From positions 1 to 64,000 of the forward strand of contig JYFJ02001691.1 of NCBI GenBank assembly GCA_000934665.2: 64,000 bases of DNA. Direction: 5' to 3'. Each line of letters begins with the position of its first letter. Position 1 is the stretch's first letter. The notes below the pieces were generated by a model. The model saw only the letters and a program-made list of their open reading frames with translations, did not search any database and had not been told where the DNA came from. A program made the position numbers and the translations under genes. Below are positions 12,583-25,730 of this stretch, piece by piece. Source of the DNA: Catajapyx aquilonaris (Eukaryota).

Positions 12583-13090
12583 CAAGGGGTTAGCAACTCC
12601 CTGAAACCGGTGTACATACTGGCCAAGGAACCAGGTGGAACCGTCATGGAACCAGCCTGGAACCAGTGTACTCACTGGCCAAGGAGGCAAGGAATCAGGT
12701 GCCTGGAACCCGTGTACACATTGGTCAAGGAACCAAGTAGAACTGGCTTGGAACCAGCCTGGAACCGGTGTACACGCTGGCCAAAGAATCAGGTGTAACC
12801 GGTTTGGAACCAGCCTGGAACCGGTGTACTCACTGGCCAAGGAGGCAAGGAATCAGGTGGGACCGGCCTGGAACCCGTGTACACACTGACCAAGGAACCA
12901 GGTGGAACCGGCTTGGAACCAGCCTGGAACCGGTGTACACACTGGCCAAGGAATCAGGTGGAACCGGCTTGGAACCGGGTGGAACCTTGTGGAACCTGCC
13001 TGGAACCGGGTGGAACCGGCTTGGAACCGGGAGGTTCCACCCGGTTCCAGGATCTGGTGTACACTTTTTGGGGGAGTTGCTAACCCCTTG
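12583..13090. mobile_element. P-like MITE with GGAACC internal minisatellite (long copy)
   Basis: Perfect TIR CAAGGGGTTAGCAACTCCC / GGGAGTTGCTAACCCCTTG. Perfect 8-bp TSD GGTTGTTC at 12575-12582 and 13091-13098. Confidence 0.9.
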
Positions 13091-14099
13091 GGTTGTTCAC
13101 TAAGGGTCTTCGCAGGTAGTCCAGATAGTCCAGGGAGTAATCCGAAGGGTCTATAGCTGATGCGTCTGTAGTTGGTGGCAGACCTGGGTGGAGGCTACAT
13201 GCTTTGTAAATAGTCGGGAGACGGCCGAAGGCGAGGCTACAATTATAAACAGGTTGTAAGGTCCAAAGTGTGTGACAAATGGCACCCAGCGTGAGTGACT
13301 ATCACGACCATGAGTGTGACTGACTATGAGGTCAGGAGAGATAACTCCTTGTGATCACTACGACCGAGGTAATACGAGATAGTCGCCATGACAGTACCCA
13401 TGAAACTTTTAGAACCAACGTATGTGCGCGCACCGAGTTAATCAAAACTAGGAAAACGTACCGACCCCAAAATAATTAGCATTTCATTATCCAAACCCCA
13501 CAACATAAAGCTCATTACCCGTACTGATAATTGGAACCCAAAGTTTCCAGTTGGATGATCATCATTCTGACTGATAGTTACAGAAAGGTAGCTATTACCA
13601 TGCCCGATGCGTCTTATCCGTAGGGGGAAAAACCAGTGCCAAAATCCTCCAGTTTTTTTTTTGTTGCGCTCTTAATTTCTATGCAAATGCATCTAGGGTG
13701 TTCTACGAGGGTAAATTAGAAAGGGGGAGGCTAGAATGTACAGGGTGGGAGGGGTTCTAAATGAGGCTGTAAATGGGCGAAGGCATATTGAAGACATTGG
13801 GAACGACGTTGCTGAGCAGTCACTGGAAAGGGAGTAGATTTGGTGCATTCCTATGCCTGAAACAGGGTTGAGTTTATGTAAAACATGGGAATTGTTGTCA
13901 CGCAAAAGGAAGTTGCGATTTTGGCCGGGAGATGGCGGGGATGCGTCGTTGTCCGGTAGCCGACCAGGGTGGAGGCTACATGGTTTGTCAAGAGTCGTGA
14001 GGCGGCCTAAGTCGAGGCTAGTTTTGGGACCACAATCTTGAGCGACGCATCGGGGTCTGAAGGGAGATACCTACATAGGTTAAATCCTACAAAATATAA

Positions 14100-14775
14100 C
14101 TGATATGTAATAAAATCAATTAATAAAAGTAATTGAAATTGAAAGCAATTAAAATTAAAATATACATACCGTCATAATAATAAATTTAATTAATTCATTA
14201 GAATTGAAAGTAATTAAAAGTGTATATAATAAAAATAATTAGAAATACAAATATAAAAATAATTAGAAATACAAATATAAAAATAATTAGAAATACAAAT
14301 ATAAAAATAATTAGAAATACAAATATAAAAATAATTAGAAATACAAATATAAAAATAATTAAAAATACAAATATAAAAATAATTAGAAATAAAAATATTA
14401 GAAATCAAAATAATGAAATACAAATATTAAAATAAATTATTACAATAAAATGATGATGATAATATTATTAAAATAAATTATTACAATAAAAATTGCGATA
14501 ATAATAAAATTAAAATAAATTAACATAACAAATAAATAAATTGAATAATTGACTAATTATTAATAATTAAATTGATAAATTAAAATTATTCACTTGAAAT
14601 TGAATAATTAACTAATTATTAATAATTAAATTGATAAATTAAAATTATTCACTTGAAATTGAATAATTAACTAATTGTTAATAATTAAATATGTAAATTA
14701 AAATTATTCACTTGAAATGGAATAATTCACTAATTATTAATAATTAAATTGATAAATTAAAATTAAAATTGATTG
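14100..14775. repeat. AT-rich minisatellites (~24-bp and ~58-bp units)
   Basis: AAAATAATTAGAAATACAAATATA tandem, then GAATAATTAACTAATTATTAATAATTAAATTGATAAATTAAAATTATTCACTTGAAATT about 4 times. Confidence 0.9.
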
Positions 14776-15491
14776 ATGGTAGTGAATCCTAGCTGATCCT
14801 AGCCTACTTCAGGGACCATTGAGCCTATTCCCCTCCTAATTTTCTCAGCTAACAGGTCTAGTAACTGTTCCAAATAACGTAGCTGCTACCCGCTATAAAT
14901 TTCATTGGCCGACGCAAATTGACCCCCACGAATAAAATATTCCCTTGCAACCTTCGCGCCCCCTATTTGGCTCAGCAGGCTTTGGTGGGAAGGACTTTAG
15001 AATCAATGAGCACCTCCCATGAAATAGTCGTTAGTATTCAAAATGGCTGCCACTAATGGTTATCAGTTGAGAACTAACATGTTCCCTTGGAAAATCTCCT
15101 CTCTCTACGTACCTACTCATTCGTTCAGAGATCTGAATCTCATTTTCAAGTGGTGGGTGATGAAGCATGGAGGGAAAACCTGGTAAATCCAATGACGCTT
15201 CCGGACAATCGAATTATTCGAATGAAATGACATCATAGTGGGTTTCCGAACGGGTGTGACGCAAGAGGCGCTTAAAACGAGGTTTGTTTTTGTTAACAAA
15301 TGAATATGCCATTATCAAAACCAGGATGTCTCATTGTGTCAATAGTGTGTTAATTCCAACGCTAGGTCGTTAACTGGCCGGCGTCAACTGAATCCGAATC
15401 CGAAAACAGTCACTGTCTCATGCTGTTTACAACCTGATACCTCTCCAACGGACGGACTGACAGAGCATTACATAATATTTTTTCGATAAGA

Positions 15492-16150
15492 AACAAGATT
15501 GGCAAATCATGTGAGCGTGATTCGAGTAGACTTTTTCTCATTGAGAAGGGGAGAATGAGGTTGACAAACCCGATATTATACGATGCGATTCTAATTTAGG
15601 ACAACAATGACATTGATTGTTGTCAGACTCATTTCCCGTTGCCAATAAAACCAATTATTTAAATGGCAATAAAATAAAATAAATTACAATAAAAATCCTT
15701 AACATTCGAAATAAATTACAAATAAAATACATTAAAATTCGAAATAAATTACAATTAAAATACATTAAAATTCGAAATAAATTACAAATAAAATACATTA
15801 AAACACATTACGTAATTTAAATTACAACATTACAAATAAAACTAATTTAAATTGTAAAATTACTGGTACAAATAAAAATATTAAAAATAAAAGACCATTA
15901 ATTGCCTGTAAATTGACCTTGGCGGATAAAGTGAAGCCGGAAATACCGGAAGTGGCGTGGCGGGTCACCGGAAGCTAACTATGAAACCTACAGTATTTGG
16001 TGTCCACTGAATCATAATCCTAAAACAATTTGTCGCTATCTCATACGGTTTAATCTCTGATACCTGTCCACAGATGGACGGACAGACAGCAGTTCTTTAA
16101 TATTTTTCCGATTAGAAAAAGTGTAAAAATCTACTCGAATCATGCTTGTT
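15492..16150 (-). mobile_element. Near-complete HINE/DINE-1-like (Helentron-derived) element
   Basis: Subterminal inverted repeats GATTCGAGTAGA(C/T)TTTT at both ends. A stem-loop AATCA(C/T)G.GAGCGTGATT sits next to terminal AACAAG, a GTCC/GTCT microsatellite lies near the other end, and the centre has AT-rich tandem repeats. Confidence 0.6.
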
Positions 16151-16820
16151 TGTATTACTATCCGGAAAAATAATTTGGTCATGACCTGCACACAAAAAGA
16201 AAAGCGCCATCCCCAAGGGCGGCATGTTTTCAAACCTCCAATCCGATTTGTAAGTCCGGCATGACTTTAGGCAGTAGGCTATAGAACCGGACCTAAAAAA
16301 GGGTTCCATTGACCATCAGCCGCGGTGGGACAAAAACCACAAGCCCTCCCACCCCTACCACATGGCTGTTCCGTTCAGTTGGCCGGTCCGTTCCCCTAGA
16401 TAATTTTCAGCCCCAATAAGTCCATTGAGGTTCTCTCCCCTAATTACAGGTTGCGCCCCCCGCCCCCTTTTCAGGTGCAAATCTGATGATGAAGGGTTGT
16501 TAAGACGGGTAATAACTCCTGGTATATTCGAGCACGCGTGTTTTTTGACAGTGGGTTTAACGGCATGGAAATGAGAGGCTCGCCAGTCACTCCACTCTCG
16601 TTTTTAATTGGACAAAAGGTGGGGTACTGTCTTGGCCAATTAGCTGGAGCCGATTTGTGACGCCATGTTTGAATAAGCCGTTGGTTGTGGGGTGGTAGGC
16701 GGTGGTTTGAATTAAATGATTTAAAAGGGGCGACGTTAGATGGCGTGGTGGAGCCTAGAGAGAGGCTAATTAGTCGTGAGACAGCCTAGAGTGAGGCTAG
16801 TCGGTTTAAATGCTTGTGTA

Positions 16821-16925
16821 CGCCCTCACGATGTGAGCCTCGGTCGCACGACCAGACGCTTTGCGACCTATATTTGTCGGTCTCAAAGCATCTGGTCGTG
16901 CGACTGAGGCTCACATCGTGAGGTG
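16821..16925. mobile_element. Small palindromic MITE flanked by TA
   Basis: CCTCACGATGTGAGCCTC.GTCGCACGACCAGA ... TCTGGTCGTGCGAC.GAGGCTCACATCGTGAGG, with TA on both sides. Confidence 0.75.
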
Positions 16926-17210
16926 TAAACAGATCTTAATGCAGACTAGAGCGAGGCTAGTCAATCATATTCAGCCTTAGACCTTAGAGGAGGCTAGTCA
17001 GTCATATTCAGACTAGAGCCTAGAGCGAGGCCAGTAAGCGTACGTCAGCCTATAACGAGGCTAGTCAGTCGTATTTCAGCCTAGTGCGAGGCTATAGTCA
17101 GCGTAATGTAGCCTAGAGCGAGGCTAGTAAGAGTTCTTCAGCATAGAGGGAGGCTAGGATTCAGCGTAATGTAGCCTAGAGGGAGACCAGTCAACGTAAT
17201 GTAGCCTAGA

Positions 17211-17404
17211 GCCCGGGCCGGCCGGCAACCCTGACCGTGGTTTTCCGTGGTTTTCCACGGTCCTCCCACGATAATTCCGGAGTCGTTTCCGTAAAAATAG
17301 GCCACAGCCACTTCCTTCCTTCCCTATCCTTGGCCCTATCCAATGGTGGTACTCCACCCCCTAAGCGGCCTAAGGGAGCGCCGTTTCTCCCAATGGGGTA
17401 TAAA
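17211..17404 (+). mobile_element. 5'-truncated SINE A; its tail is interrupted by a Helitron
   Basis: Family A body ending GGGGTATAAA. The tail resumes after 17646 (TAAATAATAAATAA). Confidence 0.8.
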
Positions 17405-17646
17405 TCTATATAAATAAAGCCGTTTGTGAGTCTGTCCGTCTGTCCGCCTGCCAACCGGTGTTGGGGTGTTGACTACAGATGGCAGGCAAATGACGGTCGC
17501 CGTTATACAGGCGGGGTAGGTTGAAGGTGTGACCACAGATGGCATTGGTGGGCGGACACACAGAAAGACAGACAGTTGACGGGGCTACGGGCAGGTGTTT
17601 TCCCTTCATTCATTTCTTCCCGGGCAACGCCGGGTGCCGCAGCTAG
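17405..17646 (+). mobile_element. Non-autonomous Helitron
   Basis: 5' TC(TATATAAATAAAG), (GTCT) microsatellite, 3' hairpin CCCGGGCAACGCCGGG and terminal CTAG. Inserted A|T with no TSD. Confidence 0.9.
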
Positions 17647-17713
17647 TAAATAATAAATAAATAATATCCGGTGTGTCCGTAAAGGCCTACTATATCCGAC
17701 GTGTGTCCGTAAA

Positions 17714-18240
17714 GGGCGGTTCACACTAGCTGACGGGAGCATACGAAAAGAACGATCCGAAAGAGTGGACCAATCAGAGCCCACGTGAGGATGACGAAAA
17801 GTGAAAGGGATTACGAAACGAAAAAGACGGGAGAAATCAACTTTTGACGGACACGGAATACGGAATACGTAGGCTTACGGACCTATCCACCAATAGAAGA
17901 GCCAGGAAAGCGGCAGGGGTGTGGCGAGCGAAAGTGAAAGGGAAAGCCAGCAGCGCAGCGCCTCTGGCGGGGACAGGACGAAGGACATCAGTCGGGAGTC
18001 GAGACCCAGGGGAAGCGGGCCTCGGGAGATGGGAGAAGAGAAGGGTATGATACCGGGCCGAAGGGAGGGAGAGCCCGAGGGAGATCCGACTTCCTCCCCG
18101 AGAATTCAAGCACAGCGCATGCGCTGCGGGATACGGAGGCTAAAGCCACGCCACTCGCTTTTGTGTCTGAACACCTTTCCCCTCTTTCCGTTCGTTCAGT
18201 CATACCGTTCCGTTCGTTTCGTAGCTAGTGTGAACGTTCT
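17714..18240. mobile_element. PIF/Harbinger-like MITE
   Basis: TIR GGCGGTTCACACTAGCT / AGCTAGTGTGAACGTTC, T/A-rich trinucleotide flanks and subterminal ACGAA/TTCGT repeats. Confidence 0.65.
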
Positions 18241-18966
18241 ATAAGACTTTTTTCGATGATAAAAGTCTAAAATTACATTACTGGGCTGAAAGGTGATGAA
18301 TTTTCATCTTGCTCGAGTGCTGACGGTTGCATACATGTCCCAAACATATTTTTTTCCAGCAGTTTGTACTTCATCCATTTCCACAGACACAAATCTTGGT
18401 TGCACTAGGACCATATTAATAGGCGAATCCGCCAAGTTCCTCATCTCTAGGCCTATATTTTGGAAGGGTTCTAAAATCGTGGGGGCCAAAATGCAACGAA
18501 GCATCACAAAGAGAGAAGTTTCAGCATGACGTCAAGTTCTCCTCGTCTCCTGCAGACCTAGAGAAACATCGAGCGAGTCACGCTATCTTGCCACTACCAG
18601 GGAAACAAATCCGGCCCATTACAACCTTCCCAGTACTACAACACTACTTTAGGAGAGAGAGAAAAAAAACTTAGGGAGAACTATCATTAGAAGAGGGAAG
18701 GAGTTCTATTGATCCTTTTTCCCCTTCCTTTTACAAGGCAAGAATAGAGTCTGTCCTGACGCAAATTAGGTATTTAACTAGCACAAAAGGTGGTAATTGA
18801 GGCACCGACGACTTGAATGTGACAGGTCTGAAGTTTGTCTCCTCAGGTGGGCCGCACCTCTAATGAAGTCTTGTGATGTCGAGGAACCAACTTTGTTGAG
18901 CCATATTGAGGATCCTACTATTTCGGCCAAATAGTTTTCGGCCTATTATTATCATGTTTAAAAATA

Positions 18967-19331
18967 CAGGGTGATCAAACTTTTTTGTCGTTTTAGTTAT
19001 TGACCAATTCGGCCTAAGCTGCTTATATTGTAGCCCGTTCCCTGGCAACCCTGTCCGGCGGGCCAATTCAAACATCAGCCCATGGAGAGCGCTTCCATTG
19101 TTGCCACTGTTTACAAATCGAGTGAGTGACGCGGACGACCCAGCGACGGGTCTCTTCTGCCTGCGCACTCACTCACTCGATTTGTAAACAGTGGCAACAA
19201 TGGAAGCGCTCTCCACGGGCGGATGTTTGAATTGGCCCGCCGGACAGGATTGCCAGGGAACGGGCTACAATATAAGCAGCTTAGGCCGAATTGGTCAATA
19301 ACTAAAACGACAAAAAAGTTTGATCACCCTG
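18967..19331. mobile_element. Fully palindromic Tc1/mariner-type MITE (CAGGGTG ends)
   Basis: TA|CAGGGTGATCAAAC...GTTTGATCACCCTG|TA. Near-perfect ~160-bp arms around a short spacer. Confidence 0.9.
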
Positions 19332-19336
19332 TATAT

Positions 19337-19478
19337 TTGCCCCGTGATAGGGCGGATCCCTTTTAGTGGGGAAATGGAGGTTCCCATGAGAGGGCGCTGT
19401 GCAGTAGTCATTTCTGACATTCTTTAAACCCCAGGCCTTTTCTCCTGGCCCTGGGCAGAGTAGGGAGTGCAATTCTGC
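19337..19478 (-). mobile_element. 5'-truncated SINE C
   Basis: GCCCCGTGATAGGGC tail and GGCCCTGGGCAGAGTAGGGAGTGCAATTCTGC body. Confidence 0.8.
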
Positions 19479-19604
19479 AACGTAGGTCATGTTGGCAAGT
19501 GGCGCCATCTGTTGGCCGTACCCCCAACTTGTCACTAACGCCGAATGTAGCATAGTAGCTGTTTTCTTTTAGCTGCTTAGTTGATTTTTAAAATTTATTA
19601 TTAT

Positions 19605-19648
<44 letters not shown>

Positions 19649-19656
19649 TTTTTAAA

Positions 19657-19889
19657 CTAGCTGCGGCACCCGGCGTTGCCCGGGAAGAAATGAATTAAGG
19701 GAATACACCTGCCAGTACCCCCGTCAACTCTCTGTGTTTCTGTGTGTCCCGCCACCAATGCCATCTGTGGTCCTGCCTGCTACTCCAACACCTTCAACCT
19801 CTCCCGCCTGTATAACGGCAACCGTCATTTGCCTGCCATCTGTAGTCAACCCCGGCCTGGGGGTGGAGCACAGATGGCAGGCAAATGAC
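19657..19889 (-). mobile_element. Helitron copy, 5'-truncated
   Basis: CTAGCTGCGGCACCCGGCGTTGCCCGGG 3' end plus family body. Confidence 0.85.
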
Positions 19890-20869
19890 AAAATTTATAA
19901 GGAATCTCTCAGATCTGACCTCCCTAGGTCATATAATGGCTAATCGCAATTTTTTGGGAAGTGGACTGTCACCGGAAGTTGACAATTAACCCTATTTAGG
20001 ATCCGCTAAATCCGAATCCGAAAACTGTTTGTCGCTATCTCATGCAGTTTAGACCCTGATACCTGTCCACGGACAGACAGACAATTCTACAATACGTTTT
20101 TCCATGAGAAAATGTCTAAAAATAATCTCATCCTACTCTGTCGGTCCAAAAACTATCCGGTCGAAAACGTTTTGGTCGAACCAGCCATTTGGTGCCCTCC
20201 CGACCCGATGTGACCCTCCCCCCCAAAACACGACCCCTGCACTTTATTATCTCTTGATTTAATTCGCCGTCTCCACGGGAACCTCCTCCTCAATCATCCT
20301 TATTTATGGCTCCTCCACCCCCTTCCTCCCTATATTCCCTCCCCCTCCCCTCCCCCCCAATTCCTCCCCGCTCCCCCCGAAACTGAATGTTTTACACCCG
20401 ATTAATCATGCAGAAACACCGCTCAGGAATTAATTACATGCTCTCGATTGGCTGGGGGAAAGTGCCCAAGTGTGACTACTACTAGAACCGGTGTTTGCAA
20501 ACAACCTGGGCCTGGTTTCATCAGTTATGTATTTTTCAGACACATCTCCATTGGGCTGGATCCACATCAAACATTTTTAATAATGGAAGTTAAGGCGTAT
20601 GTTGGAAAAATCATTAGTGGGTTAGTTTGTTGGGTAATAATTAAGGCGGTTCTAAAGGGCATTTTAAATGTGGGGCCGGTTTTTACTCTGTGACATCAAC
20701 AAGTTTGTTGATGTCTGATGATGTGACAATCTATGCAGGAAACTTGTAAATGAAGCTAATTAACGGTTGTAAATTTGGTTTCTATTACGCTACCAGGTCC
20801 GTACATATGTCCGGACCGGTTTTAGCGAAACTGACAACAATAAGGGCCCGCATGGTCAATTCGAATGGG

Positions 20870-21790
20870 AGTGGCCTTATTACGGGCAACAGTTTCAAAT
20901 CGTTTGAAAGTCTGAAAAATATAATTATTTTCACTACGAATATTTAAATTCTCTTTTCACATAATAATAATCGTACACTATTTATGTAACGTATCGTAAT
21001 ATTCGATGTAGAAAATATTTGTTACTGTGGCCTTATTACACGCAACCGTTTCAAACTGTTTAAAGGTTTGAAAAATATGGTTATACTATCAATATTTAAA
21101 TTCTTTCTGCACAATATTTAGATAGAGATTTAAGCTTACTAAGGATACACTATTTATATAAATTATCGTAATATTACGTGTAGAAAATATGTTACTGTGG
21201 CCTCATTACACGCAACCGTTTCAAACTGTTTAAAAGTTTGAAAAAGATGGTTATACCATAAAAATTTAAATTCCTTCTACACAATATTGATATAGAGATT
21301 TAAGATTACTAAAGATAAACTATTTACATAAATTATCGTAATATTACGTGTAGAAAATATGTTACTGTTGCCTCATTACGCGCAACCGTTTCAAATTGTT
21401 TGGAAGTCCCGAAAATATATTTCTACTATGAATATTAAATTCTGTTTTAGCATAATATGCTAAAACAGAATTCTTCCTCACCATATTATGGTGAGGAAGA
21501 CTTACGCTTACTAATAATACTGTAAGTAGTAGATCTGCGTAATAATATGCGTAGAAAGTATTTGTTACTGATTGTGGACCCGATTGACGGTTGAGGCGTT
21601 CCTGGCTTATTTGGTTTGACAGTCTGGAAAATATATTTCTACTACTAATATTTAAATTCTTTGTTTGCATCATGTAGAGGAAGAATTATATTTACTAATA
21701 ATATTGCAATTTGGTAAATCTGCGTAATAGTATGCGTATAAAATATTTGTTACTGAATGTGGCGGTTGAGAGGCTCCTGGCTTATTGATG
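20870..21790. repeat. ~150-200 bp satellite-like tandem array (about 6 units)
   Basis: Units begin GTTACTGTGGCCT.ATTAC.CGCAACCGTTTCAAA at ~21021, 21191 and 21361, with diverged units on either side. Confidence 0.85.
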
Positions 21791-24320
21791 GTGCATAAGA
21801 GTGCAACTAACAAGCAAGAATCATGCACACTGATCATGAACTAACAAGCCCAACTAACGAAGTCCCAACTTCAAATATAAAGCATAGGCTTTACTCCAAT
21901 GCTACCAACCAACCTCTGTAGAACCCTCGACAACTCCTGGGCAAAAGCAGGGGGTACGTTAATCCTCCTCAGAACTTAGAGGTTGATGCAGCAGTGACCG
22001 ACCGTCCAAGAGTAGTTGAAGCTGGGCCTACTTATAATGACTCCAGGGTTAGCTCCTTCTTCTAATTACCACTTGCGGGAGCTGATTATTTCGGAAGCTG
22101 AGGCCTGAGGGACGTACGGAAGCTGCTTCCCCAATTTCAGCTTGCTTGATGAGATGATTGCCGCTTGAAAGGGGCCGGGAAATTAATGGTGGTCGAAACC
22201 AACGGGGGGAATGAGATGCGCGATGCTGGCGACACCTATAATGCCATAGCGGTGTTGGTGGACTCCGAAAATCATGGCCTCCAGGGGAACTCCCCAAGTT
22301 GCGGGCATTGCACTTCCTCACAAGAGGGAGGAAGTTATGATTGGACACTCCAGCAAATTGTTGAAGGAGAAGTGAAATGGTTGTTGGAGTGAGTAATCCA
22401 TAACTTAATGGACTGACAGGTCGAACTGGAAATGCCCATGAGAAGAGAGCGTCAATCAGATCATTAAAGATGATATCTACAGGTGATGTCAATAGAATCA
22501 TTAAATATCATATGTAATGATTCCAATGGTGATATCAATAGTATCATTAAAGATATCCATGATTGAGTTATATCAATAGGTTCATTTGATATCCATAGGT
22601 ATAGGTTATGTCAATAAGGCATATGTGATATCAATAGGATCAAGAAATTCATAGATGATGTCAATAAGATCCAAGATATCTACATAAAATCCATAAGATA
22701 TTTACACTACTCGTTACATTGTTGTGAACTGTGTTCCCTTGTCAACTTTTATCCCAGTGAATTGTGTATTTTAGTACAATTTTATTACTGATCAGATTGA
22801 CCTTTGTGCCATCATTAAAGATATCTACAGATGATGTCAATAAGATCATAGTAGCTATATATGAAATCCATAAGAATATTTACACTACTGTATTTGTTGT
22901 GAATTTTGTCCCTTGTCAGTCAGAATTTACCTGGATATCTGAATGAATTTTAGTCACTAAAATTCATTCAGATATCCAGGTGAGTTCTGACTAACTATTT
23001 GACTTAGTATTTTTCATACAATTTTATCACTGATCCGCTTGACCTTTGCGCGACCTTTGGACCTTGCAACGAGTGACCTCCAGCTCTTTCCTACACCTCT
23101 TCACGCCTCTTCTCCCTGTAACATTCAAATTCCCTTATAAATCACCCCTTACTGAATAGCCTTAAAAATGAGAACCAAATATTTGCCCTCCCTATCACAT
23201 CACGCCATATATTTTTTTCTTAAAAAGATGGTAGAACCTCTTTAGATTAAAACCCTCCCATGCCTTAGAACCTATCTTTTTTCTAGTCCCAATTTTAGAT
23301 CAACATTAGAAGTCGCCTTGGGTTTATACAGCACTAACTCCGATTGACCCCGAGAGTTTCTTCCCCCAGTAAGTCCCCTTGCATCTGCCTGGAAGCTAAA
23401 ATCCTTCCAACTTTCCAGAAGATCCTCCTCCCTTCTCCTCCCACCCCTTCTTCTTCTTCTACTACTACCCACCACCACCACCTCCTCCTCCTCCTCCTCT
23501 CCCACTTTCTTCTCTTGGAATTACAAAGGGCATCTTCCAAATGGGAAAATTTCATTAATCTAATGATGAGGCTTGTCAGACCCCTGAGTTGCTAAGCCAA
23601 GAGGTGATGCGCCTCTTCCATTAGAGGACGACTACCGCGGAACTTCCTTTTCTGCCGAAATCTTTTCTTGGCCATTTACGGGCAGAAAGAAAAATACCTA
23701 CAGTATATACTATATAGAGTTGCATTAAAACATGGAGGAGGCAGACATTTTTATGTATTGATGTGGAGTGTAGAAGCTACCTCACATCAGGCTATCTCAC
23801 GACTGACTACAACACCATACGGACTTTATTTGGATGCAGGGTATGTTTTGTAAGACTTCTGACCCCGTGAGGAGACCTCAGGTTGAAGAAACTTGTTTAT
23901 TCGACCTAGCCATCCGTGAGGTGACCTGACGCCAGGCGAGGTCGAATAAACAGGTTTCTTCCAACTTTAGGTGACTTGAGGCTACCTCACGACTTACTAC
24001 AACACCAGACTGTATGTACGGTGTTGTAGTCAGTCGTGAGGTGACCTCACGCCACCAGGCGAGGTCGAATAAACAGGCTTCTTCCAACTTTAGGTGACTT
24101 GAGGCTACCTCACGACTTACTACAACACCAGACGGTATGTATGGTGTTGTAGTCAGTCGTGTTGTAGCCTCACGGAAGGCTAAGTCGAATAAACAGGATT
24201 CTTCCAACCTGAGGTGACCTGAGGCTAGGTCCAATAATCAGGTTTCTACCAACATGAGGTGACCTCACTGGGTCAGAAGTCTCACAAAACATTCCCTGCA
24301 TCCAAAGAAAGTATGTATAT

Positions 24321-24551
24321 TGTGAGGACCCGCCCTCTACAGGTCATGTGATGTGGGCGGGGCATGCGCACTGCTTCCTGGCTTTGGCCAGGGGAGAGCG
24401 GATAACCAGAGTGGAGTCTGGAGTGAGTCAAGAGAGTCTGTACTAAGGTGGTCACCTGGAAGGTCCAATAAACCAATGTCTATGGAACCCAGGTGTTTTA
24501 TTGGTAGAGATAGCACAGGGTTGGCCCAGGTGCGGACCCGGGGTCGTCACA
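24321..24551 (+). mobile_element. Solo LTR (Gypsy-like, 231 bp)
   Basis: TG...CA ends with inverted termini TGTGAGGACCC / GGGTCGTCACA. AATAAA at 24467. 4-bp TSD ATAT at 24317-24320 and 24552-24555. Interrupts a repeat array. Confidence 0.75.
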
Positions 24552-25428
24552 ATATACATGTATAATGTTGTAGTCAGTCGTGATGTAGCCTCATGCAAGG
24601 CTAGGTCCAATAAACAGGTTTCTTCCAACCTGAGATGACCTTACCGTCTCACAAAACATGCCATGCATCCAAAAGAAATACTTGAACCATCCCTAAGAGT
24701 AAGCAGCAGGCTTTTATTTTGGCTTTAGTATCACAAATACAAAACCCTAATCGCGACACTAATCACCTCGCCTCCTCCAGACAGACAATCCATCCCCACG
24801 GCTCCTCCTAATCTGCTAAAAGTCAGCATCTGACAATTTTCCAGAAAGTAAAGTGGAGGAACGATGTGTTCTGGAAGACCCCGGACGCCGTTTTCCGGAA
24901 CAAGTTGGAGCTTGAAGAAGAGAGTTGAAAAAAAACCGGCAGAGAGAGAGACTGTGAGGGAGGCTTTTCGCCCTCCACCCCGTTCTCTCCGACCTAATTC
25001 CAGGGAGCTTTAAACTGTGTTATCACTGCGTAGAAAAGCCATTAGCAGAAGCAAGAAAGCTCTGTGGAGCCATTACACATTCCCAATACTGCACAATGGG
25101 CAAGTTTTCCGGAGTTTTGGGCCGATTTGAAGAAGGACTTCAATTCCGTCAGGGTAGAGAGTCTCTCTGCCTCGCTTAGGGATGCCCTGCATTCCTTTAT
25201 TCCGTGCACCCAGGAATGCGGTTGCTAGAATCTCTACGTGATCTCTGCAGGCACTCAGCTACTTACCCTATATACACACCGCCAGGGGACATGTCGGGTG
25301 TTAAACGTACTTGCGACTATTGTAGCTGCAGTGTGGTGGTGCTTTATACTATGGGCTGCCAACATTATCATCACTACAATGATCATCACCATCATCACCA
25401 TCACCTTATCATCACCATCACCATCACA

Positions 25429-25730
25429 TCTATACAGTATAAATAAAGCCGTTTGTGAGTCTGTCTGTCTGTCTGTCCGCCTGCCAACCGTCATTTGCCT
25501 GAAATCTGTGCTCCACCCCCAGGCCGGGAGAGGATGGAGGTGTTGGGGGTTGACTACAGATGGCAGACAAATGACGGTTGCCGTTATACAGGCGGGAGAG
25601 GTTCAAGGTGTTAGAGTAGCAGGACCACAGATGGCATTGGTGGCCGGACACACAGAAAGACAGACAGTTGACTGGCAGGTGTTTTCCCTTCATTCATTTC
25701 TTCCCGGGCAACGCCGGGTGCCGCAGCTAT
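25429..25730 (+). mobile_element. Helitron copy (terminal CTAG reads CTAT)
   Basis: TCTATA...AATAAAGCCGTTTGTGAG(TCTG)n ... CCCGGGCAACGCCGGGTGCCGCAGCTAT. Confidence 0.85.

Noticed and set aside
12583..13090. CRISPR-like regularly spaced repeats (also 20870-21790 and 48400-48730)
   Set aside because: Intervening sequences are themselves repetitive, there are no cas genes, and the context is eukaryotic.
18304..18507. 67-aa minus-strand ORF
   Set aside because: Ends within a HINE-like fragment and shows no homology I can recognise.
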